A stretch of 45,811 nt of DNA from Octopus bimaculoides. Lineage: Eukaryota. The notes under the pieces were generated by a model. It saw only the letters and a list, made by a program, of their open reading frames with translations, searched no databases and was not told where the DNA came from. Positions within the stretch are counted from its first letter, which is position 1. Every line of letters begins with the position of its first letter. The DNA lies in NCBI RefSeq assembly GCF_001194135.2, contig NC_069001.1:39938862-39984672 (forward strand), given 5' to 3'. The position numbers were made by a program, and so were the translations under genes. Positions 40,031 through 45,811 of the stretch are shown in pieces.

Positions 40031-40103
40031 TGGAGATGCTGGGGATCGAACCCGGGGCCTTTTGCATGCTAAGCGAACGCTCTATCATTGAGCTTACATC
40101 CCC
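40031..40103 (-). tRNA. tRNA-Ala(AGC), probably a pseudogene
   Basis: GGGGATGTAAGCTCAATGATAGAGCGTTCGCTTAGCATGCAAAAGGCCCCGGGTTCGATCCCCAGCATCTCCA. The acceptor and D stems are intact, with one mismatch each in the anticodon and T stems, an extra A before the D stem, and no T4 terminator immediately downstream. Confidence 0.7.
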
Positions 40104-40818
40104 GTATGCGTGTTAACTACATCCCAAAGATGGAGCCTTGTATCTTTGTTGGAAATCGGCTCCCTTCTCAATGGAAGATTTATAGTAATTAAAAGATATA
40201 GGAGACACACACACACATACATAAGAAATGTATAGAATTGTCTTAGATAATTTTGACCAAATATAGTACAGAGTGGAGGTGGGGTGAAAAAAATTCATAA
40301 ATTTTCATTTTTTTTTTTTACTGCAAAGGTGTCTCTCATTGTTTTATGAAGTGCATTAAAAAAAAAATTGGACAAAATCGGTCCGGAAGGAATTCATAAG
40401 CAGAGAAAATCCAACTTATGCGGATGTGTGCTAAGTCATTACATTGTGAAAATTACCCGGCAATGATGGGATACTCAGCTCGTGTGTACATACATACATA
40501 CATATATATATAAATATATATATATAAACTTATCCATCCTGGGCAATGTAATCCTAGTTACTACATGTATTGGAAAAACCTTTGCCAATGGATATGTTAA
40601 TATGTGTGACACGCATCTGGCCAGTGGAACTGTTCTTTTCTTTTTCACGTTGGTACTCTAGTCCCTGTTGTGCCTGCTTCGTCAGAAACTGTGTACTCAA
40701 GCGCTTTGTAGTGAGATCGAAACCCAAATTATAAGGTCGTGAAGCGAACGCCATCATGCCTGCAAACATACCAATCTTTNNNNNNNNNNTTTTTTTTTTT
40801 TTTTTTTTTCCATTGCAG

Positions 40819-43800
40819 ATGAAGGATTTTCTGGTGATTATGTTTATATTTCTTATTACACTAACAAATGCAGGTTTGTTATTAATTCTCATCTATCTTA
40901 TCAATATTTCTGTGGAACATTTTGGACAAAATTATGAAAGACAGCTTGTTGTAATTACATTATTCACTTCTTACATGTCAGTACATGTACGAGCCTAATG
41001 TTCATGAGGTAAGTGTGCTTAAGGGACACCACCCTTGTACACTGCTCTATCGTTTATTAAACATAAACATTGTGTTGCTGTTGACGGTGCTTTCCTTCTT
41101 TTGTGTAGGGTTCACACTTAGTTGCCACCATTGCTTCTATAATCCTGTGTATTCGCTCGTCTCTCACTAGACCGGCTCTGAAAATGAAGCAACAGGCGAG
41201 CTTCTACGTAATCAGTCAGCACCTCTTCACAAGACTCTATAGTATTGGAGGTGGTCACGGCTGGAATACTTTTGGACAAAATCCCTGATAAAGTGATACT
41301 AGCACTGGTAAACATAGCATCAAATCTACAGAATTTTCAGCAAGAGGGCTTTTTAAACTATTGAATGCTCTTTGCTGCACATTTATCGAATCGATTTCAA
41401 CATTTTACTTCTGAACATTTCCAAATGATTTGTCTATTTTAGACTGTGTTGACAGATATTGACTTTAAAGTTTGCCAGTCTTAAAAAAGATTTCAATTTT
41501 TATATGATGAAGACGCATCTTATATTTTCTGGCTCAGATGTTGCTCTGCACAAATATGTGTCTTTGTACCCACTAAACGATATCTTATTACAGATACTGT
41601 TCTTTGAATTATCATTTCGGGTGAACAAATATTATGATCTTCAAGGTAAAGTCCACCATGTAAGTTGCACCCAAAAATATATCTTCATATTATTTTATCA
41701 TTTATATCGTCCATTCACAAATCTCCTATATATCTATGTCTTCAGACAAGTTTCCTCGATTATCAATGATAGGAAGTTCTTGGAAATAGTCTTTCTTTGA
41801 ATTTGGTGGTACTCAAGTTTGAGATACCAAGTTGGAAAGAAAGTCTTGTCGCATTTTTATAGGATCACATTAGGAATATTTTTTCAATAGTTACACCAAA
41901 ATAAGCATTAATTTTTACATTCTGATGTTATTTCTTTCTTTTGCAGAGTTTTTTAGACCATAGTGGTAAAATTTGTATTGATTTTACTCTTTTAAAACGA
42001 GTTTAGATCAGACAATTGTCATACACTATATCCTGTATAAATTCAAAAGGAATTCTTTAATAATGGACGTAACAAGAAATTTTCGCTCTGTCTTTGAAAA
42101 TGAAGTTTTAAATGTCTAAAAATACCAAAAACTTTTGCTCGGGAAATTTTTTTCTTGTAGATTCCCCTCGATCTGAAAATATCGAGATTCTGAAAACCAG
42201 TAATTAGTGGATTATAACCCCTTTAATACCCATCTTATCATTCCATATCTTTATATCACACTGCACCTTGGTAACCGGATTGTTTCTTGTCCTGTTTTTC
42301 CGCTTCTGTTCCATAGATGTCAAAACACAGTACTGACCAAGTTTTTCATATAACTTCGGGATGACTTTGATACCTTACCTATTGTTTTTGCTTTGCATCG
42401 GCCATTTGTATACGTTACTTGTTTGTATTTGTTTTATATTTCAATCTTATTTGATGATGCGATTCTTGATCGACATAGTCAAATATATTTTATAAATTGT
42501 ATTTCTTAATCTGTGATTATTCATCGGTCTTTATTGATCACAGAAACATTTGTAACATACATCAAATAGAAGAAATTTCATGTTTTATATTAGTTTCTTA
42601 TACTAGAAGCGCTCTTCGTACTACGCAATTGTCTTGTACTGGTTGCATGTTCCTTTACGAGAGGAGAGGATTAAGCAAAGAAGTTGATTCACGCTACCTG
42701 CTTCTTCTTATTTCTGCGATCACATAATAAAATCTTGACAATAATCAGCAACCCATTTTGGATCATTTTTCTTTTGCAATTATCTTTATATATTTGTTGT
42801 TTTTATTCATTAGATTTACAACCAAAATGCATTGGCTGCAAGGCTTTGGGTGAATGTATTTGTGGCAGAGCGTTTTGGGTTACTGAAACAGTAGACCTAT
42901 GTATGATGAGGGAATGTCGATGGGTCTACAATGAATGGCGAGTGATTGGCGCTTTCATAGGTAAGAATACACGAACATTTTCTGCAGTCATTAATAATTT
43001 CAAATACCGAATTCTATCGAAATGACAAGCTCATATACTTTTGAGTAGGAGGGATAAAATCGATTTAATTACTCCAATACTCTTCAAGTACCAGCAGAGT
43101 ACTGGGGTAATTAAATTGATATTACATTTCTTCAAAATGTGTGATGCTGTGCCTTTCATTTTGGCTATTGTTCCTCATTAGTCTCCATCTTTATTCATGT
43201 GATTATTTATACCTGATTCATTAGACACATAATCATCTTTTACTTGAGAGTGTATATATATATATATACATACATACATACACATTCTGTATATATATTG
43301 ATAGGCCACTAAACTAAATGCACCACAATGTTCATTTTCAAAATGCAATGAAGTTTTGTTCACCAAAAAAATACATGGTGGCAATTGTTATCACGTCGAC
43401 AATGCCCTTCTCAATACATGTGATGTTCCAGTTAAAACAATCTTTTGTACTTCTTGCCTGATTGGTAAACAAGAGATCATTCTCAAATAATTTTTAGTTC
43501 CTTTTTTGATCATTCCTAGTCTTCCTACAATCACTGATATTGTAACTGCCTTGAAATGACACATTTTTTTTCAATTTCATTGAGCAAAATCTTAAAATTT
43601 TCTGAGCTTTTCTAATTCTTTTTCCAAGATATTATGTTCACAAGGAATGTTCATGTTGATCGATAAACAAACTTTATTGTTTTGGTCTTTCACAACAATA
43701 TCCGGTTTATTAGCTTTGATGGTTTCTGACTGTATGTACTGGACTTGGAAGTCCCAAGGAATCATTAGATTTTCTTCCTCTGTTACAACCTTAGGGTGGT

Positions 43801-44632
43801 GATTATAAACCTTGTTGGTAATTTTGACTTTATAATACCGTCATACTAACCAGCACAGATATCAGCTAGCTCTGTTGTATTTTGATGTTTACTCTACTGG
43901 TGCTAAAACTTTAGCTCTAGAGATTAGGTGGTTCACTCACTCAATTATATCCTTTCAGAATTTACATTTGGAATCAACTCCAATTTTCTTCACATTTCCA
44001 GGTCAATAAGTTTTGATACAGGGCAGCTAATATGAAACCCTTGCTCTCTACCTTTAGCCCTGAACACTGTAGCCACAGATGGGTGTGCTTCTGATCTACA
44101 TCAGTTTGTTTGCTAAGGACCACATATTTGCCATGCAGAGATTTCTGTTCCTACCTATCAGCCAATTGCTTGTATGCATATATGCACATAAATAACGAAC
44201 CGTGTGTTTTTCTTGTCACTTCACATATTTGTTTCTCTCATCCTTAAGTCTTAAATTTCTTTGTTTTATTTGTGTGTTTTTTCTACCTATACACATGCAT
44301 GGGTGTGCGTTTGTAAGTATGTATGTATGTATGTATTCATGCGGAACAGGACAGGCAGGTATTATCAATGTTATTTGGTGATATTTAATTGTAAAAGTGC
44401 GCTGCTTTTCACCTTCAAACGCCAAGGTCAAGTTTCTACTTCATACCTCCAATGTGGATAAAATAATAATGAACTGTTTCCTCACTTTAAAACATTTATA
44501 GTCATGTACACATGCTTGTCATCTATGAAATTTCTATTCCTCTCTTTTTTAGATTGTAAAAATGTCTATACAACACTTAAAGATCCGGCAAGGTTTGTTT
44601 TCGAGGGTGTGTCTCATTGCACAAGTAAATAA
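40819..44632 (+). CDS. Gene C: secreted 8-cysteine protein, 93 aa, uncharacterised family
   Basis: Exons 40819-40873, 42814-42960 and 44553-44632; GT-AG, phase 1. Protein: MKDFLVIMFIFLITLTNA-DLQPKCIGCKALGECICGRAFWVTETVDLCMMRECRWVYNEWRVIGAFI-DCKNVYTTLKDPARFVFEGVSHCTSK*. Confidence 0.9.
41330..42050 (-). mobile_element. Degenerate Penelope-like fragment in gene C intron
   Basis: The minus strand encodes CNLHGGLYLEDHNI, similar to EGGLYKDSH in the 3636/8604 relics. Heavily decayed. Confidence 0.35.
43440..44160 (-). mobile_element. Degenerate non-LTR element C-terminus with restriction-like endonuclease domain (R4/Dong-like)
   Basis: Remnants WDFQVH..TVRTIKANKPDIVVKDQNNKVCL..NMNIP and IVGRLG match the RLE-domain consensus (WD..I.TD..I..N.PD.V). 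Confidence 0.6.
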
Positions 44633-45209
44633 TTATGCTATAGCTGTAATTGTTCATCATTTTACCACAAACGGATGTAAAACAGAAACTATATAAAATT
44701 GTAACACAGCAATATTTCTTAAATTTATTTTATTTATTTTGATTTTTATATTCTTTCACTCGTTTTATTCACTGAAATTTGACAATGCTTGGGCATTAAG
44801 AAGTACTCTGGCAGATACATAGGGGGAAACAACCAACACGTACCAAAATCACACAGCCTAATCATAACATTTCTATAGGACTCTGATCCCAATAAGCACA
44901 CACAGATACTGGTATACATGTGTGTGTATATATATATATATATAAGAAATAATTAAGATTCAGTTGAATTGGGTACCTAAGTTGATGCACCAGGTCAGTT
45001 CGGTATTATCTGCACAGCTCGAAGTAAGGTGAATAGAATCAAAATAAGTAACAGGATGTCAAGTATTAGTGCAATGTGACTGTTTCAAGCGACTCCATTT
45101 AATTAAACAATGCAAGCATTATATCAATTTAAATACTGTGCTGTCTTCAGTTGTAATAAACATGGATTTTCAACAGACAAGATATATTTATATAATTTTT
45201 CTCAAACAT

Positions 45210-45480
45210 TTTGCCAGACCTAGAGGGTGAAAGAATTTCGTGCTGTCACTATTGCAGCAAAAATAATCTAGACTCGACAATTGACACCCCGGTCTTGTGC
45301 CATTTCCCCTCTACTGGTCATTCACCACAACACCTGTCTGTGTTTGGATTGTCTTTGCACAGGAGCCATCCAGACTCCCACCTAACCCTAACCATCCGGA
45401 TTCCCGCCTTCAGCATGAACAAGAATTAATCTTCTCTCTTCATTCCTTAGCCCCACATGGGCTCAACTCCCCTCCTCTCC
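45210..45480 (+). mobile_element. Penelope-like GIY-YIG C-terminal relic
   Basis: PVLCHFPSTGHSPQHLSVFGL followed, after a frameshift, by RLQHEQELIFSLHSLAPHGLN matches the PLE endonuclease C-terminus. Confidence 0.6.
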
Positions 45481-45572
45481 TCTTTTCATCTGACACCTAC
45501 TTCCTCTCTTCATTGATACCCCCTCCACCCACATACCCCACTCTTACCCCCCACACACACCCACATCCTATA

Positions 45573-45811
45573 TTGAGACAGTTGCAGGAGAAATACCTAG
45601 CTAAGGATAAACCTCTGTACCTGGCTTTCGTTGACATGGAGAAAGCCTTTGACAGGGTCCCCCGATCCCTTATCTGGTGGTCAATGAGGAAACTTGGGAT
45701 AGAAGAATGGTTAGTGAGAGCTGTGCGAGCCATGTACAGAGATGCTGCCAGTAAGGTGAGGGTTGGAAATGAGTACAGCAATGAATTCCGGGTAGAGGTA
45801 GGGGTCCACCA
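45573..45811 (+). mobile_element. RTE LINE reverse transcriptase (5'-truncated, runs off the window)
   Basis: Open frame LRQLQEKYLAKDKPLYLAFVDMEKAFDRVPRSLIWWSMRKLGIEEWLVRAVRAMY...EFRVEVGVH. Confidence 0.9.

Overview
AT-rich, microsatellite-dense eukaryotic genomic DNA with five assembly gaps. The repeat content (RTE LINE tails, tRNA-type SINEs, Penelope relics) is typical of an octopod cephalopod; this is an inference, not a database result. The ORF track is mostly noise. The real genes are spliced and were reconstructed by hand: a cluster of four complete paralogs (A 5423-9310 minus, B 22825-25009 plus, D 29415-36003 minus, C 40819-44632 plus) plus the apparent first exon of a fifth (E, about 169-275, minus, running off the left edge). 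Each encodes an 89-93 aa secreted protein with an 18-aa signal-peptide exon and an invariant 8-Cys/3-Trp scaffold that I cannot assign to a named family. They share phase-1 introns, a conserved putative 5' non-coding exon and a conserved 3' UTR motif. The mature exons are highly divergent, while an intron block shared by A and B is about 94% identical. The rest is transposon debris (Penelope-like, RTE, R4-like, Gypsy, mariner, MITEs, SINEs). It includes a minimal hammerhead ribozyme and a 199-bp inverted repeat in intron 1 of gene A, and a degenerate tRNA-Ala in intron 1 of gene C.
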